A stretch of 64,000 bases of DNA, from assembly GCA_002269645.1 (NCBI GenBank), contig NIVC01003168.1, forward strand, positions 51,472 to 115,471, in the 5' to 3' direction. Both the position numbers and the translations under genes were made by a program. The notes under the pieces were generated by a model, which saw nothing but the letters and a program-made list of their open reading frames with translations, was not told the origin of the DNA and searched no databases. Shown here piece by piece: positions 39,701 to 52,481 of this stretch (position 1 is its first letter; each line of letters opens with the position of its first letter). This DNA comes from Macrostomum lignano. Lineage: Eukaryota.

Positions 39701-42700
39701 GCTCTCTTGGTTGTGCATCGCACGACAGCCTCCCTGGTCAATTTTCGTGCACAAGCTCCAAATGAATGTGTTTGAGCACAGAATCTAACCATGTGGGGTC
39801 TTGGAGCCAGACTCAGACACGTTTACAGCTGAGCTGCTCTCAACCTTATCTTGAGCATAGCAAGCAGCCAAACTATTGCTGTCAGACACAAGTCCTTTTT
39901 ATCAGACACCCTGTCAGATGCAGAGACTACAATGTCACTTCCTGCTTCACATTACGCATTATACTCGCCTACACTTTTCATTGTTTACCAAGCTTTAAGT
40001 CTCGACCAATCACGCATCAGCTGTCCCTCAACCCCAACAAGGAATGTATTGACGCAGAAAAAAGGCCACACATTATAGCCACCTTTTCGGCACTCAGCCT
40101 TGGACTTTGCATCGGATAGTAGTCCTTCTGTCAGACAAATTTCTCTTTTTGTCAGAAATCCACATCTCTTGTCAGCCCTCTTTCTGTCAGGAATTCTGCT
40201 GCTCCTGTCAGACACTAGCAAGAAGGAAAAAATGTCTTCACCCAACTCACGGCAAAAGTGGTCAGCCTGCAGGCGTTCAATATCCAGTAGTCAGCCGAAT
40301 GGAAGGAGTCTTTCCAGCAGCTGAAAATATATTTGGCGAAATTATTGACAGAGAATTATCAACTAATCAGCTCAATCAAGTTTTTGCGCGTTCGCTTTTT
40401 TGAGACGGCATTAGGCGAAAAAAATCAGATAAAAACGAAAACAATCAAAGCGAATTTAAAGAGGAGTCAACTCACTCAGCCGCTGACTGCTTCTTCCGCA
40501 GAAAAACGACGGCAGCCCAGACAGTTGTGGGAACGACTGGAAGGCCTGGAAACAAATGGGGAGACGTTTTAGGACAAAGCGCGACGACGTCTCTTTGCCC
40601 ATTGCCACGTGACTTTCATTCAAGTTGAATCACTTTTGACGAAACTGAGTGCAGGGTATAGAAAGTCAGGGGGCTTTACGAAGCTGTCACGTGATTCAAT
40701 AAAAATCTGACTGGACTGCGTGCACGGTTTAGGGTGCGAGATCAGGGCTGTACGCAGACGTCACGTGATTCAATAAACAGTTCTGACTAGACTGTGTGCA
40801 AGGGGTAGAAAGCCGGGCTTTCGAAGCTGGTCACGTGATTCAATAAAAATCTGACTGGAATGCGTACAGGGTTTAGGGTGCGAGATCAGGGCTGTACGCA
40901 GACGTCACGTGATTCAATAAACAGTTCTGACTAGACTGTGTGCAAGGGGTAGAAAGCCGGGCTTTCGAAGCTGGTCACGTGATTCAATAAAAATCTGACT
41001 GGAATGCGTATATGGTTTAGGGTACGAGATCAGGGCTGTACGCAGATGTCACGTGACTCATAAAAAGTTTACGTAGAATCTGTGCGGAGTAGGAATCAGG
41101 GCTGTAAGCAGCTGTCACGTGACCTACCATATCCAAGCAGATAGTTTCTGCACATGCCGCTGCTTGTCTGAAACACAGTACCGGCAATTTTGCTGTGAAT
41201 GTTGATGCCCTCGATCAGCATCCAAGCAAATATAGAAGTTCGCGTGGTCTCCCAGATGCACTTCAGGCCAGTGCAGGCGTAGGACTGAAAAGGTGGCGAC
41301 TTGGTTCGTGAGAATATTAAAGCTTTGATTGATTCATTCTCATGGATCTTTAGGTTTCCAGATCGCAAAAACACGTTCAATTTTGTAGTCAACTCTTTTC
41401 ATGAAACGATTTGTTTTAAATCAATTTTGTCAAGCCCCAATTACCTGACAGACATTCTTTTGTACAAGTGCAACTCCGATTTTCGTGTCGGGCAAGCATG
41501 CATTTTTCATAGATTTTATCTGTGCCTCTTTTTATTACAGCTCTGCTGAGAAGTGCAGACTGTTTGAGCGGATATTGAATTAGCTGGCAAAGGAAGCCGG
41601 CGTGCAGAGTTAGTGCTGCTGCTGCTGGTGAAGTAGCAGCGTTCGCGACCATGAGACTGAGGGCATTTCTGCTCCAAAATGACAAAACTAACTCTGTTTT
41701 ATTTTACTCTGCTCTTTTCTGCAGGTAGGCATCCCATTTCTCAGAACTGGATGCGCTTATTTAGCTAGACAGACTGCCTAACCCGGTTGCTCAATTGAAA
41801 GCACAAGCGACAAACACGAAGTCTCAACTCGCGTCAGACACATTTGAGCTGCTTGATGACTTACACATTGAGGCATTGCTACAGGCATGAACTATAGGAT
41901 CGGCTGTCTTCAAATTCTCAACCAGCGAAGAAGCGATATAAAATTGGAGCTGGTTAAGCAAACTGGAAGCGGCTAGTAAGCAGCTTTTTGCGTACTTTTA
42001 TTTCTCAAACTCTCACCCTGTCTCTCACTCTGTCTCTCACCCTGTCTCTCACTCTGTCTCTCACCCTGTCTCTCACCCTGTCTCTCACCCTGTCTCTCAC
42101 CCTGTCTTTCACCCTGTCTCTCAACCTGTCTCTCCCCCTGTCTCTGACCCTGTCTCTCATCCTGTCTCTCACTCTGCCTCACACCCTGTCTCTCAACCTC
42201 TCTCTCACCCTGCCTCTCGCCTTGTCTCTCACTCTGTCTCTCACTCTGTCTCTCACCCTGTCTCTCACTCTGTCTCTCACTCTGTCTCTCACCCTGTCTC
42301 TCACCCTGTCTCTCACTCTGTCTCTCACTCTGTCTCTCACCCTGTCTCTCACTCTGTTTCTCACTCTGTCTCTCACCCTGTCTCTCACTCTGTCTCTCAC
42401 TCTGTCTCTTATTCTGTTATAAGTGGTTAGCAGGTAGTTTTTTGGGTGTTTCTTATTTTTTCTATTGAGGGCGCACGGATTCGCAGGCACGCACTTCCTT
42501 GTACCGAGTGCACATCTGCCCTGCCTTTCTCATGGCCAGCCAGTCAGTTTGCAACACTCTTTGCCTTGGGTTTTGTGCCGCGATTAACAGTGAAAATCCT
42601 AAAAAAGCTGTTTCAGTTACCAGAAACTCCAACTTGGCCGCCTGCACTTTGGTCCTGGACGTGGCGATCTCCCTGGAGGCCAGCAGCAGGTGAGCCAAGA

Positions 42701-45700
42701 TCTGCATCAGCATCGCGATGAACAGGTTGCGATGGATCTTGTTTCTCACGCTGCTCAGGCTTCTGGAAGAGAATTGAGCAATGTTACTAATCTTTCAAAT
42801 CTTTCGCGGGAGTAATAGGAATTTCACTCACGAGTAACAGCAGAAGATGGCCACCGCGAAAGCCAACGACATCGACGAAAGTACATCGCCGATAATCTCC
42901 AGGATTTCGTTGACTCGAACAGCCTTGTCGATCATCTTGATGGGGAGTTTTAGGATAGAACTGTCTTGTGGAACATGAATATTTCTCCCTCACTCTCTCC
43001 CTCACTCTCTCCTTCACTCTCTCCTTCACTCTCTCCCTCACTCTCTCCTTCATTCTCTCCTTCACTCTCTCCCTCACTCTCTCCCTCACTCTCTCCCTCA
43101 CTCTCTCCCTCACTCTCTCCCTCACTCTCTCCCTCACTCTCTCCTTCACTCTCTCTCTCACTCTCTCCTTCACTCTCTCCGTCACTCTCTCCCTCACTCT
43201 CTCCCTCACTCTCTCCCTCACTCTCTCCCTCACTCTCTCCCTCACTCTCTCCCTCACTCTCTCCTTCATTCTCTCCTTCACTCTCTCCCTCACTCTCTCC
43301 CTCACTCTCTCCCTCACTCTCTCCCTCACTCTCTCCCTCACTCTCTCCCTCACTCTCTCCTTCACTCTCTCTCTCACTCTCTCCTTCACTCTCTCCGTCA
43401 CTCTCTCCCTCACTCTCTCCCTCACTCTCTCCCTCACTCTCTCCCTCACTCTCTCCCTCACTCTCGACCTCACTCTCTCCTTCACTCTCTCTCTCACTCT
43501 CTCCTTCACTCTCTCCGTCACTCTCTCCCTCACTCTCTCTCTCTCACCTTCTCTCCCTCACACTCTACCTCACTCTCTCCATCACTCTCTCCCTCACTCT
43601 CTCCCTCACTCTCGACCTCACACTCTCCCTCACTCTCGACCTCACTCTCGACCTCACTCTCGACCTCACTCTCGACCTCACTCTTGACCTCACACTCTCC
43701 CTCACTCTCGACCTCACTCTCGACCTCACACTCTCCCTCACTCTCCCTCACTCTCGACCTCACTCTCGACCTCACACTCTCCCTCACTCTCGACCTCACT
43801 CTCGACCTCACTCTCGACCTCACACTCTCCCTCACTCTCGACCTCACTCTCGACCTCCCTCTCTCCCTCACACTCTCCCTCACTCTCGACCTCACTCTCG
43901 ACCTCACTCTCGACCTCACACTCTCCCTCACACTCGACCTCACTCTCGACCTCCCTCTCTCCCTCACACTCTCCCTCACTCTCGACCTCACTCTCGACCT
44001 CACGGTCTCTTACTTTGTCTCTGAGTCTGTATCTCATCGTCTCTCACCGTTTCTCAGCCTGTCTTTCACACCCTGTCTTTCATCCCGTCTTTTTACATGT
44101 CCTTCACTCTGCCTGACTATCTTTCAGTCTGTTGCTCAACGCTAATTCATCAATGGTATCTCTGACTCTCTGCCCCGACAGGAGAAATTTCTTTTCTTTA
44201 AAATTCGCTAAATTTTTAATTTCTAATTTGTCTAGTGTTACAGAGTCTATGCTCACTCTGAACCTCATTCTTTTTATCGCAACTCTGTCTCTCAGAGCCA
44301 TTCCATGCAGTTTAGCTTCAATCAGCTCCTACATTATTTCAATTCCATGTATAGTTTATTAAAAAATGATTTCCTTCAATATACTGCCCTTTCATCAATG
44401 CCTAAATTTGAGTCAGCATAATACTCGAAAAGCGACCTTAGACTCGTCAAGCAGCACTTTTCACTGTTTGTCAATACCGCAGCGGCCATCGGCAGCGCCA
44501 GAGCATCTCAGTCAGTTCCCAGCTGCATCTATCGATCGCCACCTTCTCACCCCTGCTCCGCCTTGCCATTGCGTGTCGCGCACCGATGCGCGCTGAAAAT
44601 CGATCTAAAAGAACTTGCAGGCCAAATTGCCGCATCGGCTAAATTTAATCTGCCGACTGCAAGTCTGAACTTCGCGTGATACATGCAATATTTCCCGCTG
44701 CTCGGTCACCTTGTGTTTCTCAGGGAATTGCGCAAGCCGGTTGCTTTGTCAACCGGCTTCAGTAATAAATAATAACAGCCTGGAATTACAAAACATGCTG
44801 GCTGATTGCTCTGAGGGGAATGATCAGCTGGAAGTAGAGTCACGTGAGTCACTGTAGTCATGTGAGTGACTGGCTGCAGTCATGTGAGTCACTGTAGCCA
44901 TGTGAGTGACTGGCTGTAGTCATGTGAGTGACTGTAGTCATGTGAGTGACTGTAGTCATGTGAGTGACTGTAGTCATGTGAGTGACTGTAGTCATGTGAG
45001 TGACTGTAGTCATGTGAGTGACTGTAGCAATGTGAGTGACTGTAGTCATGTGAGTGACTGTAGTCATGTGAGTGACTGTAGTCTTGTGAGTGACTGTAGT
45101 CTTGTGAGTGACTGTAGTCATGTGAGTGACATGGGGCATCAAGAAGTAAAAACTCACACTGATCTCGGCCGAGGACTTTCCGTCAAGGAACTGATTAGAA
45201 AACGGGGAGAAGCAGGTCGAATAGTTTGAGAAGGACTTGCTGATATTCTCCACCGGATGGCCGTCACCGCCCAGCCAGCGGCCCGAACTGTGGCAAACTC
45301 GATGGGCCCGGCCCTCGGGAACTGTGGCGGCGGGAAGTGATGGAATGGTGTCTGATTCAGAGTGATTGGCACCGGAAGTGACTGATGTCTCCCCTGGATG
45401 TCAGAGTGCTCCCCTAGATAACATCGGGCTAAGACAGAACCGGACTCGGATAGAATCGGACTCAAACAGAATCGGACTCGGACAGAATCGGACTCGGACA
45501 GAATCGGACTCGGACAGAATCGGACTCGGAAAGAATCGGACTCGGACAGAATCGGACTCGGACAGAATCGGACTCGGACAGAATCGGACTCGGACAGAAT
45601 CGGACTCGGACAGAATCGGACTCGGACAGAATCGGACTCGGACAGAATCGGACTCGGACAGAATCGGACTCGGACAGAATCGGACTCGGACAGAATCGGA

Positions 45701-48700
45701 CTCGGACAAAATCGGACTCACAGTCAGGGCAAGGCAGCTTGGCCACCGTGCCGTTCGGAGTTCGAGGCCAGGTGAGGAAGCCGTCATTGTAGGCCGGGCA
45801 AAACCGCCTCTGCTCCTTGCTGAGGGTGGCTGCAAGTTGGCAGGGAGACTCAGTGACAGTAACGCGACTCTGGCTCAGAGCAGTAGTAAACCAGCTAGTC
45901 AGAAAAGTCTTTCAAAGGTAATTCGAGCCAATTTATTCTTAGAGCTCATTAAATGTGTCTGAAAGAAGACTGGAAAATTGAAGAGCTATTCTTACTCATG
46001 ATGCGGCATAAGGATTCTGGATAAATTCTTCGTTCCGGATCGCTGCAGGCAAGAAGATTCAAGAAGACTTCATCTACTATGACGAAATTGAATGAACTGC
46101 AATTATGAGAATGCCGCTGCTTCGGTGGTTCCGGGGTATTTTTCCCGATTTCCTGTTGCGACTCTTTGCGCTTGCCAAACGGCGGTTGAGAAACGGAAGA
46201 ATTTCGTCGGGCTGAACCGGCCCACCGCACCAGGGGTCGGGATGGGGGTTGGCCAAAAACTACAGGGTTGCAGGGCGGGGAGGAAAATCGGGCAAAAAAC
46301 AAAAAACCCCAGCGCTCGCTGTCCCCCCCGCGCTCGTGTTTGCCCCGGGATTTTCGGTGTGAATAATTTATGCTACCTTGGCAGCTGGGCGAACCAGCCA
46401 GCGTTCCCGGGACTTGGGGGGTTCCTCCCGGAACTGCGTGCGGCTCAGCAGGCGGCAGGGGCGCAGGGCGGGGGCAGGAGCAAGGGGGGGGCGCTGGCCA
46501 ATCCTCCAGTTGTCAAAAGTATCCGTCAGGTCCTGTCGGGCGTGCTGATTCCAGCTGGCCAACTTGCTGACCGCTGTGTGTTTTCTAAGAATTTCTTAGC
46601 GCTACCTGGGCAGCACCTGTGTCGGGCGACTTTCTTTAACTTGCGTCGTGATGGGTACTTTCGGATTGTGAGTTCGGGTTCCTCCGAATCTCTGAGTCAC
46701 TCAGAATCTCTAGGTCACTCCGAATTTCTGGGTCGCTCCGAATTTCTGGGTCGCTCCGAATCTCTGAGTCACTCCGAATCACTGGATCACTCCGAATCTA
46801 TGGGTCACTCCGAATCTCTGGGTCACTCCGAATCTATGGGTCACTCCGAATCTCTGGGTCACTTCGAATCTCTGGGTCACTCCGAATCTCTGGGTCACTC
46901 CGAATTTCTGGGTCACTCCGAATCTCTGGGTCGCTCCAAATCTCTGGGTCACTCCGAATCTCTGGGTCACTCCGAATTTCTGGGTCACTCCGAATCTCTG
47001 GGTCACTCCGAATCTATGGGTCACTCCGAATCTCTGGGTCACTTCGAATTTCTGGGTCACTCCGAATCTCTGGGTCGCTCCGAATCTCTGGGTCACTTCG
47101 AATCTCTAGGTCACTCCGAATCTCTGGGTCACTCCGAATTTCTGGGTCACTCCGAATCTCTGGGTCGCTCCAAATCTCTGGGTCACTCCGAATCTCTGGG
47201 TCACTTCGAATCTCTAGGTCACTCCGAATCTCTGGGTCGCTCCGAATCTCTGGGTCACTCCGAATCTATGGGTCACTCCGAATTTCTGGGTCACTCCGAA
47301 TCTCTGGGTCACTCCGAATCTCTGGGTCACTCCGAATCTCTGGGTCACTCCGAAATATGAGGAATACTGAGCTTGTCTCTGCATGTCCCTCTTAATATCA
47401 GGTTTACGCCTAGACATTAGGGTCACTCTGAAGTATAAAATAGACTGAAATAATCCCACTATTAAGTTGGCTATTAAATTAAAGCAATGCGGAAGCAGTC
47501 TCTCCATGGCCGTAGCTCAAACAGTCAAACAGTCCAACTAATGCTTCTCATCTAATTAATAACAATATTCAGCATTCATTATCTGTCGTTAAAAGCTTGA
47601 TCGATGTGAATATTTTTTCCGCCAAGAGAATCGAGGATGGACTGATTAAAAATCCACTGGGAAGGGTAATCCCATTTATCTAATAGGCCACACTGACTGG
47701 GATAAATAGGCCATCATCAGCTTGGCAAGCTCAATGAAAATTATTGATGAGGCTTATGAGGAGAAAGTGCTCATCTGAATTCGCCTCGGTTTATAAGCTT
47801 GCGACAACCAGCGTTCAGTTTCCACTCAGAGCTGCCAGCCAATCAAAATACGAGTTAGCTGATCGAGTCACGTGACTGTTATTAGCCCCCTTAGAGGCAG
47901 GAGATAATGGCCCATTGGATAAACTTATACGCTCGCATGGTGCTGTGAAGCCCCCATTTCTACCCTAGCTTAGATCCTGTAGCCAATGGATATCAGCTTG
48001 TAGAGTCACGTGACTTAACGGTAAGGAGAAACCCGCCTCAATTTCTACCCTAGCTTGGATTCTGTAGCCAATGGAGATCAGCTTGTAGAGTCACGTGACT
48101 TAACGGCAAGGAGAAACCCGCCTCAATTTCTACCCTAGCTTGGATTCTGTAGCCAATGGAGATCGGCTTGTAGAGTCACGTGACTTAACGGCAGGGAGAA
48201 ACCCGCCTCAATTTCTACCCTAGCTTGGATTCTGTAGCCAATGGAGATCAGCTTGTAGAGTCACGTGACTTAACGGTAAGGAGAAACCCGCCTCAATTTC
48301 TACCCTAGCTTGGATTCTGTAGCCAATGGAGATCAGCTTGTAGAGTCACGTGACTTAACGGCAAGGAGAAACCCGCCTCAATTTCTACCCTAGCTTGGAT
48401 TCTGTAGCCAATGGAGATCAGCTTGTAGAGTCACGTGACTTCTTGGCCTCAAATGCGACCTAGCTTAAAATTCTGTAGCCAATAAAGATCAGTCCAGTGA
48501 CTTGGAGTTGCAGAGATCCAACTTCACTTTCTGCCCTAGCCTATCGCTCCATGTAGGATATAATTCGAAAAAAGCCAAGTCAATTTACTTTAATCCATTC
48601 GTAAACCAACTACTCGTAAGGAAACAAGAACAAGCAGGTGAACAGAAAGTCAATGCTAAAAGCCCACTAAACTTCATTAGCCGGCTGTAGTCTGTACACC

Positions 48701-50105
48701 GTCAATGCGATTTTTTATTCGATTTTCATCAACCCAGCAAGAGGCTCCTAATCGACCAGGAAGCAGTTCAGGATCCCCCGCTGCACGCATTGGAATTAAA
48801 TCTCAGCTCAGCTTTTAAGCAGACAAAACAGCCGGATTTGAGGTGGCCACGAAGACAAATGCTCAAAATATGAAGCCTGACGGCTGATGAAGCGGGAGGT
48901 CGAAAAAAGGAGGAAGCGGCGGACGCCTCAGGTGTCCCAGCTAGCTCAGCCGTTTTCAATGGATGAGGCGGAGAGAGGCGGGAGAGGCAGAGCCAGGGGA
49001 AAGCGAGAGTTGAAACTCGACCCAGGCAAATAGACGGCAGGGCTCAGCGCCCGCGCAGGCACGCCCCGCGGTCCGCTCCCAGCCTCTCTGCATGCTGCTT
49101 CATCGCCTTCTTATCCTTGGGTTTTGATTTTTTACCGACGCGGCCGCGCTGAAACGACCGTTGTTACCCCCATCCCCTCCCTCTGTCACTGGACACCCCT
49201 TCCCCACCGCTCCTGTCGCACGGGAGCTAATTAAGAAAGACGAAATCTTTTTTTCGGCAAGGCGGGGGATTTATTGCTCACCGGGTGGCGCCGCGGCTGA
49301 CAGGCCGACTCCGCAATTCGAGGCCGCAGTCCGGGGACAATCCACTTGAACGCGCATTGCCAGGATTCTTGATGAAGCTGAGATGCTGCTCAGCCGGTCA
49401 CTTGAGTCCTGCCTGTGCAACAGCCAGACGGCCGAGACTTTGCGACTGATTTATATCCCTCTTAATGGGGGATTTGGAAGCCGAGGTTATTGGTGGGATT
49501 CGGACGAGCCAATGGGAAAGCTGATGGCGCTGCAAATGTTTTAGCTGAGCGCTGTGCTGGGCTGAGCTCCTGTAGACGGTTGCTGATTCTGAAGAAATTT
49601 ATCGGAGGCAAGCAGAAACAGTGCCTTAGTCTCAACAGATGAAGCAGTTTAAATCTTTGTTGTATTGGAGAGAAAGTTCTTGCTCATTAGTGATTGTTAG
49701 CAGGAGAGTTGCACTACGAGAGGGGAATTGCAATCCGAGGGGGGAATTGCACCCCGAGAGGGGAATTGCAAACCGAGAGGGGAATTGCAATCCGAGAGGG
49801 GAATTGCACTCCGATAGGGGAATTGCACTCCGAGAAAGTAATGTTCACCAAGAGGGGAGTCGCACACCACAAGAGGGGAATTGCACATCACAAGAGGGGA
49901 ATTGCACACCGCGAGAGGGGAATTTTACACCAAGAAGGGAATTGCACACCGCGAGAGGGGAATTTTACACCAAGAAGGGAATTGCACACCGCGAGAGGGG
50001 AATTTTACACCAAGAAGGGAATTGCACACCTAGAGGATAATTGAACACCAAGAGGGGAATTGCATGCCGAGAAGGGAACACTCACCAAGATACCCTTGCC
50101 ATCAT
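36799..50105 (-). CDS. Class B (secretin-like) G protein-coupled receptor, CRF/DH44/PDF-receptor-like
   Basis: Phase-consistent exons: 50086-50105 and 45996-46096 (both tentative), 45722-45829 ([26 protein letters not shown]), 45160-45351 ([11 protein letters not shown]...NYSTC), 42832-42964 (TM1), 42621-42762 ([11 protein letters not shown]2; donor position uncertain), 41128-41284 ([10 protein letters not shown]3), 40476-40545 (GYGLP..VW, TM4), 40251-40320 (CW, ECL2), 39418-39503 ([15 protein letters not shown]5), 37492-37669 ([14 protein letters not shown]...[19 protein letters not shown]6-7), 36799-37068 (C-tail, stop). Confidence 0.88.
37150..37365. repeat. 15-bp minisatellite (CATTGACAACCTACC)
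   Basis: Direct reading; last GPCR intron. Confidence 0.9.
38945..39230. repeat. Degenerate tandem repeat built from CACATCG(G/T)G subunits
   Basis: Direct reading. Confidence 0.8.
39600..39850 (-). mobile_element. Putative tRNA-derived SINE, second family (diverged copy)
   Basis: Minus-strand head AGCTCAGCTGTAA...GGTTAGATTC; about 100 bp of body aligns by eye with 685-775. Confidence 0.45.
40670..41125. repeat. 144-bp tandem repeat (two related halves), about 3 copies, with 7 GTCACGTGA E-boxes
   Basis: GTCACGTGA at 40686, 40760, 40830, 40904, 40974, 41048 and 41114. Confidence 0.9.
42010..42410. repeat. 12-bp minisatellite (CTCAC(T/C)CTGTCT)
   Basis: Direct reading. Confidence 0.93.
42980..44000. 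repeat. 12-bp minisatellite (CACTCTCTCCCT grading into CACTCTCGACCT)
   Basis: Direct reading. Confidence 0.93.
44835..45130. repeat. 18-bp minisatellite (GTAGTCATGTGAGTGACT)
   Basis: Direct reading; the first unit has GTCACGTGA. Confidence 0.93.
45430..45718. repeat. 15-bp minisatellite (GACAGAATCGGACTC), starting at the splice donor
   Basis: Direct reading. Confidence 0.95.
46690..47352. repeat. 18-bp minisatellite (GGTCACTCCGAATCTCTG), about 36 copies
   Basis: Direct reading. Confidence 0.95.
47960..48490. repeat. 85-bp tandem repeat, about 6 copies, each with GTCACGTGAC and AGCCAAT
   Basis: GTCACGTGAC at 48005, 48090, 48175, 48260, 48345 and 48430. Confidence 0.93.
49710..50065. repeat. 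19-21-bp minisatellite (GAGGGGAATTGCACACC..), partly a 40-bp dimer
   Basis: Direct reading. Confidence 0.9.
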
Positions 50106-50774
50106 GGCGGATGCACCGCGACCCGAAATCAGCTGTGTCGACACTGGGCAACCTATCGAAATTCTTCGACACATCGTCCTTGATGCTCCAGAGAGACTAC
50201 AGAGCGCGCGGATTTGTTTATTCCTGTGGCCTCACTGGGTGCTGCGGACTGCTCTTTCGACCAAACATGGGTCGACACCAACTAGATCTCGGCGATCTCG
50301 TGATGCTGTCATCAACCGTCGAGAAAAGACATTTTATACCTGATAGAGTTTTTTGCTGATGGAAACGCGACGGAATTCTCACGAGATCAACAAGCAGTTA
50401 CTTCAGCGGAATTATGCTTCTGACTGAATTACTCGTAATTAGTGTATTTATTTGATACGAACTAGCTACCGATTGTAAAATATCAGCTTCGAAATTTGAG
50501 TACTTATTTGGAGCCCCCAAGTTCTCGGCGGGGCAATATAATGAATTGAGTTGAACTGCCATAAAATGAAGCTCTACTGTGACTGCCGGCTTCCTAACTG
50601 ATCGCAATGATTTTATGCAGCTCCGAGGGGGAGGCGGATGAAGACATTCAATGCCCCGTCTTTCAATTCTTGTTTTACGTCTGCAAAAGATGTCAGACTT
50701 CTTAACCGCAAATATAAAAGTGCATTTTTGAACACTACAGATTGCATTTTAAACTTTTGATAGCCCTACCAAAT

Positions 50775-51665
50775 CACTCTCAGCCCCATGCCACACACAC
50801 TCTCAGCCCCATGCCACACACTCTCAGCCCCATGCCACACACTCTCAGCCCCATGCCACACTCTCAGCCCCATGCCACACTCTCAGCCCCATGCCACACT
50901 CTCAGCCCCATGCCACACACTCTCAGCCTCATGCCACACTCTCAGCCCCATGCCACACACTCTCAGCCCCATGCCACACTCTCTCAGCCCCATGCCACAC
51001 TCTCAGCCCCATGCCACACACTCTCAGCCCCATGCCACACTCTCAGCCCCATGCCACACTCTCAGCCCCATGCCACACTCTCAGCCCCATGCCACACTCT
51101 CAGCCCCATGCCACACACTCTCAGCCTCATGCCACACTCTCAGTCCCATGCCACACACTCTCAGCCTCATGCCACACTCTCAGCCCCATGCCACACACTC
51201 TCAGCCTCATGCCACACTCTCAGCCCCATGCCACACACTCTCAGCCTCATGCACACTCTCAGTCCCATGCCACACACACTCTCAGCCCCATGCCACACAC
51301 TCAGCCCCATGCCACACTCTCTCAGCCCCATGCCACACTCTCAGTCCCATGCCACACACTCTCAGCCCCATGCCACACACTCTCAGCCCCATGCCACACT
51401 CTCAGCCCCATGCCACACTCTCAGCCCCATGCCACACACTCTCAGCCCCATGCCACACTCTCAGCCCCATGCCACACTCTCAGCCCCATGCCACACACTC
51501 TCAGCCCCATGCCACACTCTCAGCCCCATGCCACACTCTCAGCCCCATGCCACACACTCTCAGCCCCATGCCACACTCTCAGCCCCATGCCACACACTCA
51601 GCCCCATGCCACACACTCTCAGCCCCATGCCACACTCTCAGCCCCATGCCACACTCTCAGCCCAT
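50775..51665. repeat. 21-25-bp minisatellite (CTCAGCCCCATGCCACA(CA)CT)
   Basis: Direct reading; lies between the GPCR and prosaposin. Confidence 0.95.
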
Positions 51666-52481
51666 GCCAAACATGGCAAGGTAAAAGAAAAGACAAAAGA
51701 ACATTGCCAGATGCATGCAAGGCGGTACATTTTGCTTTAATTTTCAGCCTATTGTAAACCAAGCACTTTTCGTTTCGTTTTTAATTTATAGAACAATAAA
51801 AAAATTGAGAATTTCAAAATAGCCGAATAGCTCAAAAGGTGTGAAAACTGCAAAATCGAAGTTTGCATTAGATAGAAAAGAAAAGTGAATTGTTTTTTCA
51901 TTCGGTTGCTGGATAAGGACAGCTGGAGTTTTGCATAGGATGAGTTTTTAAAGAAACAATCTGAGCAGAAATGAAAAGCTAATCGATGGCTTCAGAGAAG
52001 TTCATTATTATTGGCCAGCTGATTGGGTTGGCTTGCGCCTGGGGTATCCCAGTGTTGATGCTATTTTTAGCTATTTATAAATTGACGGTGTCCTTATTGG
52101 CTAGAAAAAAATGGTGAGCACATGGGAATTCCTACTGAAGCTATTAATAGAAACAAAACCCGCCACAGGAATCCCTACTGAAGCTATTAATAGCAACAAA
52201 ATCCGTAACGGCAAAGCCTTGGCTTTAGTTTAAAAAACAGCAGCACCACCTGAAAACGACGATATCAATAAATAGTAAGGAAAATAGTTTTTTGCATAAT
52301 TAATAAACAATTTTGCGAGCGAACCGGGAATAACTTATAGTAATAATATTAAAATTTGAGTGCAATAGAAAACACGTATTGGAATCGGGTGCCAAAAATT
52401 CTTGGTTAAATTTGCCATTTTTATTGAGTTCAATGTTGAATATCTGCGACAAAATTATTTATCAAATTCCATGACAAATCC

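Noticed and set aside
41550-41668. Possible extra GPCR exon in extracellular loop 1 ([13 protein letters not shown]...)
   Set aside because: There is a plausible acceptor but no convincing phase-0 donor, and the flanking exons join in frame without it.
41973-44145. SP-, LT-, ER- and EV-repeat ORFs
   Set aside because: Translations of 12-bp arrays inside GPCR introns.
46092-47360. 422-aa ORF with SESLGH repeats
   Set aside because: The C-terminal half is an 18-bp array, the N-terminal half has no recognisable domain, and it is antisense inside the GPCR locus.
47400-47507. [18 protein letters not shown]... as the GPCR signal-peptide exon
   Set aside because: No strong donor in the required phase 2; the exon at 50086-50105 has gccATG and a consensus GTGAGT phase-2 donor.
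50742-51757. His/Pro/Ser-rich ORFs
   Set aside because: Minisatellite translations in all three frames.
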